DNA from: an uncultured Burkholderiales bacterium
Lineage (GTDB): Bacteria; Actinomycetota; Acidimicrobiia; IMCC26256; JACPCJ01
DNA: 64,000 nt
NCBI GenBank assembly: GCA_964438505.1
Contig: CAYTKN010000013.1
Span: 7,626-71,625, forward strand
Direction: 5' to 3'
The notes under the pieces are model-generated. The model had not been told where the DNA came from and did no database searches. It saw only the letters and a list, made by a program, of their open reading frames with translations. Of the stretch, positions 44,301 through 52,707 are shown one piece after another (positions within the stretch are counted from its first letter, which is position 1; each line of letters begins with the position of its first letter). The position numbers and the translations under genes are program-made.

Positions 44301-44456
44301 GCGTTCGGCCTCGTAGTGGGGGATCACGACGCTCACGGAGCGGTTCGGGCTCCACGAGCCCGGTTCGGGCGCTTCGAGGTCGGTCCAGCGATTGCCGGGA
44401 ACCCGCGCGGGTGGTGGAGGCGGGAGCGGTTCGTGCGGTGCCACGGAGCTTCTCAC
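41307..44456 (-). CDS. Large dual GT2 glycosyltransferase (two GT-A domains; candidate polymerising enzyme)
   Basis: 1049 aa counted from GTG 44456. Domain 1 has VSVVIPHYEAERSL, VVVADDGSTRP and AFLDCDMVP. Domain 2 has VSILLTTNRPEQL and KFDDDDWYD. Confidence 0.75.
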   Translation of the reverse strand: MRSSVAPHEPLPPPPPARVPGNRWTDLEAPEPGSWSPNRSVSVVIPHYEAERSLATTLAALAHQTYPAELFEVVVADDGSTRPPDVPDQLPMYVRVVTQERRGFGLARARNTGAAAAEGEILAFLDCDMVPEPEWLEAHARWHHLVDDAVTLGFRRHVDFDGIDPDDIATAAARGSLAPLFSNRRQERPEWIEWHMERTAALTSNDPDLFRVVTGGNLALRADTFERAGRYDETFIQWGAEDIELGYRLFTDGALLVPERRAACWHQGLGNVPDPDEQRSLEEQRAKISHLVAERSFRRRLPGRSYHVPSLVVRVDSEAASGAGVLESVEAVLAGRFDDLVVVLRVPPTHPEATWISRQLGDDPRVVVASDRADTPDRLRFAAATVELPPTLRLGPKALARVVDRLDRGAGTLTCRGPRRAGRATLRAVTTRARRRAQRTATRPDDVELEAPRLFGEHTLHHRLLGMTAVHDTAVARARVGLTSTSPMATLWRRLRSVRSPRDALRALRWLTRSTRQRLGRRAALSTRRGGSPTRRPPPPAQHRPSPAERLNLWVAFTATPAAEWVGQAVRVVDDDAADDSSADQLEHLDVLVAGGSSQARTVQRAAQRGARIVVVGSTDPTDGITPDARVAFEPAPTGAAASTREVDVRSPIPADPATANPIGAPAVVDPRAIEATVTNPATSGLHLPGALPDRRCRPALEQARSHRAVTLPPEHYPDATARGAWLTSLTAAGAVPVLDTGDPLRSILSPRLDALVPQRVDDVPHEVDARELLSVRLRREALRGHSTAAWWRRVADVVTLALPPPPCVSILLTTNRPEQLDHALRQIANQAYPRTELVAVLHGDAFDDGARRRIKRQAGCPATVVRVAPDRPFGEAADLGSQVASGDVVTKFDDDDWYDAEHLWDVVLALQYSGAELVGKAAELVYLADEGVTLRRFVGGGESFGSRTFAGGTLALRRETLRSLGGWRHVRRRLDQALIEDVLAAGGTTYRTHGFGYVLHRHGHGHTWEPGPRYFLDQAETRRHGLDLAFAGVAGHDTDHRGPDEDRQ

Positions 44457-45589
44457 CCTACGGCGGTCAGTTTCTGGACGCCTGCTTCGAGGCTGAGGAC
44501 GTAGATCTCGCCGTCGGGCGCTTCGGCGAACGCGGAGAGAGCGTCGGTCTGGACGCCGAGTGGGGCGACCTCGACGCCGTCGTCGGTCTGGCGGAGCGCC
44601 GCGAGCTCGCCGGTGCAGAAGTCGCCGAAGAGGTAGCTGCCGTGGAGCGAGGTGATGGAGGACGATCGGTCGACGTACCCGCCGATGACGGCGCAGCGGC
44701 CGTCTTCGTGCGCGTACTCGTGGACGGGTGGGAGGTGGCCGGGTGGGGGCTCCCCTTCCCATTCGTGCGTGCCTTCGACGAGGTTCCAGCCGAGGTTCGC
44801 GCCGCCCTGCCCGGCCGGGACGCGGTTGATCTCCTCCCACTGGTTCTCTCCGACGTCGGCGACCCACAGGTCGCCGGTCTCGGCGTCGAACGAGAAGCGC
44901 CACGGGTGGCGGAGCCCGTAGAGCCAGATCTCGGGGCGGGCCCCGCCGTCGCCGACGAAGGGGTTGTCGTCGGGGACGGTGTAGGGGAGGTCGCCGTCGG
45001 GGGCGGGGTCGATCCTCAGGATCGATCCGAGCAGGTCGCCGCGGTCTTGTGCGCGGTCGTCGGGGTCTCCTCCGCCTCCGCCGTCGCCGACGCCGACGTA
45101 GAGGTGGCCGTCGGGGCCGAAGAGGAGGTGCCCGCCGTTGTGGTGGACGAAGGGCTGTTCGAGGGTGAGCAGCTCGCGCCCGTCGCTCGGGTCGATCGGG
45201 TCGCCGTCGAAGGGGTACTCGACGACGTGGGTGTCGCCGTCGGGGTCGGTGTAGTCGACGTAGAGGCGGTCGCCGTCCGGGTGGAAGGTGAGGCCGAGGA
45301 GTCCCTGTTCGACGTCGTTCGACACGGCGACTTCGAGCACGGGCGGCCCGTCGATCTCCCCGTCGACGACGGCGTGGATCTCCCCACGCGCCCGGTCGGC
45401 GACGTAGAGCGCGGGATCGCCGTCCCGGTGGGCGAGCGCCACCGCACGTGGGACGTCGGCGACGGGTTCGAGCTCGAGCTGCGGAGGCCACTGGGTCGTG
45501 GGCGTGGAGGCGTCGTCGTCCGACCCCGACTCGGCGCTGCACGCCGTCGCGACGAGGAGGACGGTGAGGAGGGTCAGGAGCGAACGCAT
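44453..45589 (-). CDS. PQQ-dependent sugar dehydrogenase-like (sGDH family) lipoprotein
   Basis: 378 aa counted from ATG 45589. The lipobox is LLVATAC. QGLLGLTFHPD, HNGGHLLFGPDGHLYVGVGDGG and RHPWRFSFD are beta-propeller motifs of that family. Confidence 0.75.
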   Translation of the reverse strand: MRSLLTLLTVLLVATACSAESGSDDDASTPTTQWPPQLELEPVADVPRAVALAHRDGDPALYVADRARGEIHAVVDGEIDGPPVLEVAVSNDVEQGLLGLTFHPDGDRLYVDYTDPDGDTHVVEYPFDGDPIDPSDGRELLTLEQPFVHHNGGHLLFGPDGHLYVGVGDGGGGGDPDDRAQDRGDLLGSILRIDPAPDGDLPYTVPDDNPFVGDGGARPEIWLYGLRHPWRFSFDAETGDLWVADVGENQWEEINRVPAGQGGANLGWNLVEGTHEWEGEPPPGHLPPVHEYAHEDGRCAVIGGYVDRSSSITSLHGSYLFGDFCTGELAALRQTDDGVEVAPLGVQTDALSAFAEAPDGEIYVLSLEAGVQKLTAVG

Positions 45590-45616
45590 CGTGACAGGGT
45601 AGGAAGCCACGTCGGT

Positions 45617-45648
45617 GTCCCGCAGGACAGGACGGGTCCCGCAGGACA
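45617..45648. promoter_or_regulatory. Two 13-bp direct repeats in the divergent promoter region
   Basis: GTCCCGCAGGACA occurs at 45617-45629 and 45636-45648, 19 bp apart, between the divergent starts at 45589 (minus) and 45713 (plus). Confidence 0.3.
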
Positions 45649-45712
45649 TCCAGGATGGGGTCGCCGGCGTGGATCGGTCCGCGCGAGCGCGAATACGCGA
45701 GGATGATGGGCC

Positions 45713-46708
45713 ATGACGCTCGGACTCGACCTCGGAGATCTCGACCTCGACGGTTCCACCATCCTGCTGACGGGTGGCACGGGCTCGTTCGGGAACGCGT
45801 TCGTCTCGTTCGTCTCGAAGCAGTGGCCGGACGCGGTGGTCCGCGTGTTGTCGCGCGACGAGTGGAAGCAGTCGGAGATGAGCGCTCGTCTCGACTTGCC
45901 GCAGGTCCGTTACATGATCGGCGACGTGCGGGACCGTGACCGGCTGGTCCGGGCCGCGCAGGGCGCGGACTTCATCATCCACGCGGCGGCGATGAAGCAG
46001 GTGCCGGCGTGCGAGTACAACCCGTCGGAGGCGATCCGCACGAACGTGAACGGTGCGATGAACGTGGTCGACGCGGCGATCGACACGGGGGTGGAGAAGG
46101 TGGTGGCGCTCTCCACGGACAAGGCGGTGAACCCGGTCAACCTGTACGGGGCCACGAAGCTCTGCGCGGAGAAGACGATCGTCCAGGGGAACGCGTACGC
46201 CGCGGCCCGTGAGACGCGTCTCGCCTGCGTTCGTTACGGCAACGTGGTGGGTTCCCGGGGTTCGGTGGTCCCGCTCTTTCGTGAGCAGGCGAAGCAGGGC
46301 AAGCTCACGATCACCGACGAGCGCATGACCCGGTTCTGGATCACGCTCGATCAGGGCGTCGAGCTCGTGCTGTTCGCGCTGGCGCACCTCGCGGGCGGTG
46401 AGATCTTCGTGCCGCGGATCCCGTCGATGCAGGTGACCGATCTGGCGGACGTCATGGCTCCCGAGGCGGAGCGGGAGGTGATCGGCATCCGACCGGGCGA
46501 GAAGCTCCACGAGCTGCTCGTCACCAGCGACGAGGCGCGCCACACGGTGGTGTTCGACGACGTGTTCGTGATCCAGCCCGATCACCCGTGGTGGAAGCCA
46601 CATCCGCGCTGGATCGAGGGCAAGCCCATCGAGGACGGGTTCGCGTTCACGAGCGACACGAACGATTGGTGGCTGACGCGGGAAGAGTTGGCCGAGATGT
46701 TGCGGTGA
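45713..46708 (+). CDS. pseB: UDP-GlcNAc 4,6-dehydratase (inverting), PseB
   Basis: LLTGGTGSFGNAF and YGATKLCAEK are present in a 331 aa protein. The gene sits alongside pseC, I, G, H and F. Confidence 0.85.
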   Translation: MTLGLDLGDLDLDGSTILLTGGTGSFGNAFVSFVSKQWPDAVVRVLSRDEWKQSEMSARLDLPQVRYMIGDVRDRDRLVRAAQGADFIIHAAAMKQVPACEYNPSEAIRTNVNGAMNVVDAAIDTGVEKVVALSTDKAVNPVNLYGATKLCAEKTIVQGNAYAAARETRLACVRYGNVVGSRGSVVPLFREQAKQGKLTITDERMTRFWITLDQGVELVLFALAHLAGGEIFVPRIPSMQVTDLADVMAPEAEREVIGIRPGEKLHELLVTSDEARHTVVFDDVFVIQPDHPWWKPHPRWIEGKPIEDGFAFTSDTNDWWLTREELAEMLR

Positions 46709-47775
46709 TCCCGTACGGCCGCCAGTCGATCGACGACGACGACATCGCCGCGGTCGTCGAGGTCTTGAAGGGCGACTGGCTGACCCAGGGACCGCACGTC
46801 GAGGAGTTCGAGGCGGCGCTCGCCGCGAGGGTCGAGGCTCGCCACGCGGTGGCGTTCACGAACGGGACCGCGGCGCTGCACGCTGCGGTCGCGGCCGCTG
46901 GTGTCGGCCCCGGTGACGTCGGAGCGACCTCGGATCTCACGTTCGCGGCGAGCGCGAACTGCCTGCTCTACGTCGGCGCGGAGCTGCGCGCGGTCGACGT
47001 CGACCCGACCACGTTGAACCTCGATCCTGCCCGGGTGCCGGACGACGTCGACGTGCTCGTGGCCGTCCACTACGCGGGTCTGCCCTTGGACCTCCGCCGA
47101 CTCCGCACGCGTCCTCGGGTCGTCATCGAGGACGCCGCGCACGCGCTGGGAGCCACGACACCGGACGGCCCGGTCGGCAACTGCGCCCGATCGGATCTGT
47201 GCACCTTCTCGTTCCACCCGGTCAAGCACGTCACGACGGCGGAGGGCGGCGCGGTGACGACGAACTCGGACGAGCTGGCGGAGGCGCTGCGCCGGTTCCG
47301 CAACCACGGGATGGTGCGGATACCCGAAGAGGGAGGCTGGTACTACGAGATCGCGTCGGAGGGCTTCAACTACCGCATCACCGACATCCAGTCGGCGTTG
47401 GGGACGAGCCAGCTCGCGAAGCTCGACGGCTTCGTGGCCCGCCGGCGAGAGCTCGCGGCCCGCTACCGGAGGCTGCTCGCAGACACCGACGTGGTGCTCC
47501 CCCCTGAGGAGCAACCGGGTTTCACCCACGCCTACCACCTCTTCCCCGTGCGGGTGCCGGGCCGTCGCGCCGTGTTCGACCGGATGCGAGCGAAGGGCAT
47601 CGGGGTGCAGGTGCACTACGTCCCTCTCCACCGCCACCCGCGCTTCCGCTTGCCGGGCGACGCCTTTCCGGCGACCGGGGCCGCCTACGAAGAGCTCCTG
47701 TCGATCCCGCTGTTTCCCGACCTGACCGAAGCGGCCCAGGATCAGGTCGTGGAGACCCTCGTCTCGACGGCGTAG
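46705..47775 (+). CDS. pseC: DegT/DnrJ/EryC1-family aminotransferase, PseC
   Basis: GTG 46705 overlaps the pseB stop (GTGA). IPYGRQSIDDDDIAAVVEVLKGDWLTQGP and FSFHPVKHVTTAEGG (PLP lysine) are present. Confidence 0.85.
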   Translation: MIPYGRQSIDDDDIAAVVEVLKGDWLTQGPHVEEFEAALAARVEARHAVAFTNGTAALHAAVAAAGVGPGDVGATSDLTFAASANCLLYVGAELRAVDVDPTTLNLDPARVPDDVDVLVAVHYAGLPLDLRRLRTRPRVVIEDAAHALGATTPDGPVGNCARSDLCTFSFHPVKHVTTAEGGAVTTNSDELAEALRRFRNHGMVRIPEEGGWYYEIASEGFNYRITDIQSALGTSQLAKLDGFVARRRELAARYRRLLADTDVVLPPEEQPGFTHAYHLFPVRVPGRRAVFDRMRAKGIGVQVHYVPLHRHPRFRLPGDAFPATGAAYEELLSIPLFPDLTEAAQDQVVETLVSTA

Positions 47776-47784
47776 GCGAGTGGC

Positions 47785-48846
47785 TCAGCCCCCGACGAGC
47801 TCCCAGCTCAGAGGGGTACCAGCCGGGATCGTGTGCGTGGCTGTTCTGCCGAGAACGTGATCGAGGTAGCGAGGGCCAAGGCCGTCCGCTGGCCGCAAGG
47901 CTCGCACGTTCTCGGTGGTGAACTGCTCGCCCGCCGCCATGTCCTGCACGATCCAGAGGGACCGGCGGAATCGGAGGCTGGGTTGTTCCGCTTGGGAGGG
48001 GCCGAAGCGTACCTCTCCGCGTGAGGCGTGCGCGTCGCGCACGGAGCGGACGAGACCCTCGAACTCGTCGGGTTCGACGGAGAACGTGGAGTCGGGACCG
48101 GCGTGGTCGCGGGAGAGCGTGATGTGCTTCTCGAGGATGGACGCACCGAGGGTCACCGCGACCGTCGCCGCGGTGTGACCCAGCGTGTGATCGGAGAATC
48201 CGACGGGCGCGTGCCAGTTCTCGGCCATCACCGGGATCGCATTGAGGTCGAGCTCTGCGAACGGCGCGGGGTACGCGCTGTTGCAGCGCAGCAGGGCGAC
48301 CCCTCCGGCGCCGTGCTCTCGCGCCACCCGCACCGCATCGTCGATCTCGACGAGTGAGCCCATCCCCGTGGAGATGATGACGGGCTTGCCGGTCTCGGCG
48401 ACCCTGCGGATGAGTGGTAGGTCGACGAGCTCGAACGACGCGATCTTGTACACGGGCGGATCGAGCTTCTCGAGGAACTCCACGGCCGTCTCGTCGAAGG
48501 GCGTCGACAGCCAGTGGATGCCGGACGCGTCCGCGGTCTCCGCGAGCTCTTCGTGCCACTCCCAGGGCGTGAACGCCTCCTGGTACAGGTCGTAGAGCCT
48601 CCGTCCCTCCCACACGGTGCCGGTGGCGACTTGGAAGGGCTCGGCGTCGCTGTCGAGGGTCATGGTGTCGGGGGTGTAGGTCTGGAGCTTGATCGCGTCC
48701 GCCCCCGCGTCGGCTGCGGCCTCGACGATCGCTTTGGCCCGGCCGAGGTCGTGCCCGTGGTTGGCGGACATCTCGGCGACGACGTAGACGGGCTCCTCAC
48801 GAGCGACGCGTCGGTCCGCGATCTCCAACTCCGGATCCGGAGCCAT
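47785..48846 (-). CDS. pseI: Pseudaminic acid synthase (NeuB family), PseI
   Basis: VVAEMSANHGHDL, KLQTY, KIASFEL, FSDHTLG and a C-terminal SAF-like domain are present. The protein is 353 aa counted from ATG 48846; an alternative start is ATG 48864. Confidence 0.85.
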   Translation of the reverse strand: MAPDPELEIADRRVAREEPVYVVAEMSANHGHDLGRAKAIVEAAADAGADAIKLQTYTPDTMTLDSDAEPFQVATGTVWEGRRLYDLYQEAFTPWEWHEELAETADASGIHWLSTPFDETAVEFLEKLDPPVYKIASFELVDLPLIRRVAETGKPVIISTGMGSLVEIDDAVRVAREHGAGGVALLRCNSAYPAPFAELDLNAIPVMAENWHAPVGFSDHTLGHTAATVAVTLGASILEKHITLSRDHAGPDSTFSVEPDEFEGLVRSVRDAHASRGEVRFGPSQAEQPSLRFRRSLWIVQDMAAGEQFTTENVRALRPADGLGPRYLDHVLGRTATHTIPAGTPLSWELVGG

Positions 48847-48851
48847 CCTTC

Positions 48852-50276
48852 TCACATCCTCCATCGAAATCGGAGCGCGTCCACACCGGCCCTCTCCTCG
48901 GGGCCGAGCTCCTCGAGCCCTGCCGTGCGGAAGCTTCGCAACGACGCCTCGTTCGAAACCTTGACGACGGCGTCCACGTGCTCCACAGCGAGCTCTTCGA
49001 TCACCCGAGACGAACCTGCCCGAACGATCGCCACACCGTACCCGTGACCGCGCCACTCGCCGGCCACCGAGATGCTGAGCTCCACTGCGCCCGGATCGTC
49101 GGTCGGTTCGAACCGGATCTGCCCGACGGGGTTCCCGAGATCGTCCTCCGCGATGTAGATGCGACAGTTCGGGTCGGAGAGGCGCCGACGAAACCACTCG
49201 ACGTGCGATTCCCAGGGAATCGGCTCCGGCGTGAAGGAGGCCGCGCGGGTCTCCGGGTCGTTGGCCCACCGCCACACGAGCTCCATGTCCTCCGGTGTGG
49301 CGCCACGGAGACGGATCCGCGAAGCCTGGAGCGCGCGGACGACGCGCGCTGCGCCTCGCCCGTCAACCAACGCCCGCGCGGCGTGGCTCATCTTCGAGCG
49401 CGCTGCGTCGTCGCCAAGCAGTCGACTCACCGCGTCGGCAACTGAGGTGGGATCCAGGTCCTCGTACCATCCGAGGTCGACCGCGGCGCCGGCATCCTGC
49501 ACCTGACGAGCCACTGGCTGCTGGTTGTCGGCGATCGACATCAGGACCGTCGGAACACCCAGGGCGCACAGCTCCCACACCGTGGTCCCGGCAGCGGACA
49601 GGACGACGTCGGCATCACGCATGCGCCTGACCACGTCGTGATCGGAGCCTGTGAGGGCATCGACGTGAACTCCCCGCCGCTCGAGCAGCTCGACGACGGC
49701 ATCACGGAGGTCCCGGGCCTCTGCGGGCGGGGCACCACCGAGCGTCACCAGCACCCGGGATGCGGGGCCCACGACCCCTGGTGAGCTGCGGTCACGGAAC
49801 TCGCTGCGCAGGAGGGCGTAGCGCGGCCCGAGCATCAGCCCGGCCCCGGGAGCGTCTTCCCGATATCGCTGCGCCCGCGCTTCTGCCCCGACGTTCTGGT
49901 CGATGATCCACGCAGCTTCGCACCGACCGACCCGGTTGTGGTCGTCGACCACCACGAGCCGCTCAGCGGGGAGTCTCTGCTGATGCTTGAGGGTGAAGCG
50001 ATAGTCGTCGACCACCACCCACTCGGCGTCCTCGACGACCGGCATCGACGCGAAGCGATCGTCATCCGTGTCGCGAGCAGGAAGTCTCCGGACCTCGACA
50101 CCCCGCTGCTTCGCCTCCCGCTCCAACCAGTCCGGCAGCGAGGCGACAACGAGCACACAATCGCCCCCGGTGGCGCACCATGTCTCACCCAGAGCGATGA
50201 CGCGCATCGCGTGACCCGCCCCGATCTCCGGACTGGCGTCAGCGCGCACCACGAGGAGGCCTTCCATTCGACTCAA
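48852..50276 (-). CDS. pseG: Fused PseG (UDP-sugar hydrolase) and PseH (GNAT N-acetyltransferase)
   Basis: The N-terminus LLVVRADASPEIGAGHAMRVIAL is PseG-like. The C-terminal 170 aa (LVWRWANDPETR...GHGYG) are GNAT-like. Confidence 0.8.
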   Translation of the reverse strand: MSRMEGLLVVRADASPEIGAGHAMRVIALGETWCATGGDCVLVVASLPDWLEREAKQRGVEVRRLPARDTDDDRFASMPVVEDAEWVVVDDYRFTLKHQQRLPAERLVVVDDHNRVGRCEAAWIIDQNVGAEARAQRYREDAPGAGLMLGPRYALLRSEFRDRSSPGVVGPASRVLVTLGGAPPAEARDLRDAVVELLERRGVHVDALTGSDHDVVRRMRDADVVLSAAGTTVWELCALGVPTVLMSIADNQQPVARQVQDAGAAVDLGWYEDLDPTSVADAVSRLLGDDAARSKMSHAARALVDGRGAARVVRALQASRIRLRGATPEDMELVWRWANDPETRAASFTPEPIPWESHVEWFRRRLSDPNCRIYIAEDDLGNPVGQIRFEPTDDPGAVELSISVAGEWRGHGYGVAIVRAGSSRVIEELAVEHVDAVVKVSNEASLRSFRTAGLEELGPEERAGVDALRFRWRM

Positions 50277-51016
50277 CCCTCCTCGAACGTTCTCTGACGC
50301 ACGTCAGCGTTGAGGGCGACCAGGTCTGGACGCGATCGGAGCAGTGCTACGACCTCTCGCCACGACGGTGGCCGATCGCCCAGCTCTGCGACGAGCGCGT
50401 CGAGCAGGGCGGCGTCCTCTTCCGTATCCATCGTGACTCTGAGGTCGTCGGCCGGAGGTTGGTACACCAACGATCCGAGACGAAACTCCGAAGGGAGACG
50501 GTAGAGCGTCGCTGTCACGTGCTCCCGCTCTCGCGACGACGCCAGAGCTGATGCGCGCCGCAAGGCGTCCGCCGAGACGACCTCGACACCAACTCCAGTG
50601 GGGAGGGAGGACGGATGAGTGGAGCTGAGGAGATCGAAGTCGCCGGAGCCGAACGCGCGGGCCGTTGCCACGAGGACCGCGGGGTCGACCAACGGGTTGT
50701 CGGCCGTCAACCGGACCACACCGTCTGCGGGATGTTGCGTCAGCACGCGAAGGAAGCGATCAAGGACATCGTCCTGGGAACCACGCACGCAGGAAACGCC
50801 CTCCGCGACACAAAACCCCTCGATCTGGTCGTCGGCCTCGTCCTCCGTCGTCGCCACGACCACGTCGGAGAGCGCAGCGCTCTCGCGTGCGGCGCGCACC
50901 ACCCATTCCACGACTGGCCGCTCGCCGAGCGAGCGAAGGACCTTGCCGGGGAAGCGACTGGACCCCATGCGGGCCTGGACGACCCCGAGGAGAGATGGGC
51001 CTTCGATCGGGCTCAT
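50273..51016 (-). CDS. pseF: Cytidylyltransferase, CMP-pseudaminic acid synthetase-like (PseF)
   Basis: GVVQARMGSSRFPGKVL and RLTADNPLVD are present in a 247 aa protein. Its stop overlaps the downstream pseG/H ATG start (ATGA). Confidence 0.8.
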   Translation of the reverse strand: MSPIEGPSLLGVVQARMGSSRFPGKVLRSLGERPVVEWVVRAARESAALSDVVVATTEDEADDQIEGFCVAEGVSCVRGSQDDVLDRFLRVLTQHPADGVVRLTADNPLVDPAVLVATARAFGSGDFDLLSSTHPSSLPTGVGVEVVSADALRRASALASSREREHVTATLYRLPSEFRLGSLVYQPPADDLRVTMDTEEDAALLDALVAELGDRPPSWREVVALLRSRPDLVALNADVRQRTFEEG

Positions 51017-51025
51017 CCACTCGGC

Positions 51026-51931
51026 TCAAGTCGGCCAGCGCCAGGGATCGAGAACCTCGTCCTCGAGCGTGGGCAGAGATTCGAGTAGGCCATCGACTGC
51101 GTCTTCGTCCAGCGTCGTCGCGTGCCCCCATCCCTCCAGGAGACGGCGAACCTGGTCGCGTGACTCACATCCGACGACCACGTTCACGGGCAGCGACTGG
51201 CGAGCAACCGCCAAACAGGCATCGTATCGATCGATCCCCCGGTCGGCACTCCAGCGATCGACTCGGTCGAGGACGGCACCGAGCGGCGCGAGGTGTGGCG
51301 GCAGACGCGTGGCGGGCAGGAGCAACGCTCCCTGGAGGAAGACACTCCGCAGGAAGACCTCCTTGCCCGCCTCCGCTGCAACGGTGAAGAAACCGCGGTC
51401 GGCGAGCCTACGGTCGGCAAGGCTACCCGGAACCTGCAGAACGTCGATCGTTGGATCGTCGAGGAACCGTTCGGCGTTCACGACGTCTCGCACCGAGACA
51501 CCGATCCTCCCGACGCGGCCACTGTCCTTCTCGGCTCGCAACTGGTTCCAGACCTCGCCTCCCGCCACCTCGCGATGCTCCTCGCGATGGAGCAACACCG
51601 CATCGAGGAAGTCCCGGCGCAGGGCGGATCGGCTCTCCGCCAAGCTCTTCCGAGCGCTCGCACCTGTGTGCGAACCCGCTGCTCGGCCAAGATCCGGCGA
51701 CAACTTCGTCACCACCCGCCAGCGATCGTCGTCGCCCAGGATCGATCCGATCCTCGCTTCACTCCCCGCGTAGCCGCGCGCGGTGTCGATCGTCGAGATT
51801 CCAACGGCGAACGCGTCGTCGAGGATGCCCAGCAGCTCTTCGTCGTCGGGGGGCCCAGTCGTGTTCGCGACTCCATAGCGGGCCGACCATTGCGCGCTCC
51901 CGAGCGCCAGCCGATGAGCCTCCGCTACCAA
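51026..51931 (-). CDS. Aldo/keto reductase family oxidoreductase
   Basis: LGSAQWSARYG...GISTIDTARGYAGSE is the AKR N-terminal signature. The protein is 301 aa. Confidence 0.75.
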   Translation of the reverse strand: MVAEAHRLALGSAQWSARYGVANTTGPPDDEELLGILDDAFAVGISTIDTARGYAGSEARIGSILGDDDRWRVVTKLSPDLGRAAGSHTGASARKSLAESRSALRRDFLDAVLLHREEHREVAGGEVWNQLRAEKDSGRVGRIGVSVRDVVNAERFLDDPTIDVLQVPGSLADRRLADRGFFTVAAEAGKEVFLRSVFLQGALLLPATRLPPHLAPLGAVLDRVDRWSADRGIDRYDACLAVARQSLPVNVVVGCESRDQVRRLLEGWGHATTLDEDAVDGLLESLPTLEDEVLDPWRWPT

Positions 51932-52707
51932 GCCGTCCAGCCGCCGTCGACGACGAGGTTGTGGCCGGTCACGTAACTGGCCGCGTCGCTGGCGAGGAAC
52001 ACGACCGCCCCTGCGACCTCTTCGGCCTCGCCGACCCGACCCAACGGAACACGGGCTGCCAACCGGTCTACGAACTCCCGCTCGCCTCTCACCTTGTCAC
52101 CGGGAAAGGGCCCCGGAGAGACGGCGTTGACCCGAATCCCATGAGGGGCGAGCGTGCAGGCCGCGATCCGAGTGAAATGGATGACCCCTCCCTTGGCGGC
52201 ACCGTAGGCAGGGTGGCTCTGGAACTGCTCGAACCCCTCGTAGACGGAGGGCACCGGTGACACCATGCCGTACATGGACGCGATGTTGACGATCGCGCCC
52301 CTCTCCCGTTCCGTCATCCGTCGCGCTGCGGCCTGCGTCGAAACCACCACATCGGCAAGACCAGCCTGCACGACGGCAGCAACGTCGTCGGCACTCGTTT
52401 CCATCAGCTCACCAGTCGGGCCGGAGTACGCGTTGTTCACGACGACATCGACCGGGCCCTCCGTTTCCTCGACCTCATCGAGGATCTGCTCGATGTCACT
52501 GCCGACGTCTCCCTCGATCACCGATACGCGCGCTTCAACGCCGGAAGTCTTCGCTCGGCGCTCGAGCGATCGCAGCGGCTCTTCGGATCGTCCGCAGCCC
52601 ACCACCTGTGCGCCTGCCTGGGCCAGGGCGATCACCATCGACTGGCCGAGATGCCCGCCACCCCCCGTCACCACAGCGGTCTGACCGTGCAGATCGAACA
52701 TCTTCAC
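51925..52707 (-). CDS. Short-chain dehydrogenase/reductase (FabG-like)
   Basis: TAVVTGGGGHLGQ, NNAY and YGAAKGG are present in a 260 aa protein. Confidence 0.85.
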   Translation of the reverse strand: MKMFDLHGQTAVVTGGGGHLGQSMVIALAQAGAQVVGCGRSEEPLRSLERRAKTSGVEARVSVIEGDVGSDIEQILDEVEETEGPVDVVVNNAYSGPTGELMETSADDVAAVVQAGLADVVVSTQAAARRMTERERGAIVNIASMYGMVSPVPSVYEGFEQFQSHPAYGAAKGGVIHFTRIAACTLAPHGIRVNAVSPGPFPGDKVRGEREFVDRLAARVPLGRVGEAEEVAGAVVFLASDAASYVTGHNLVVDGGWTAW

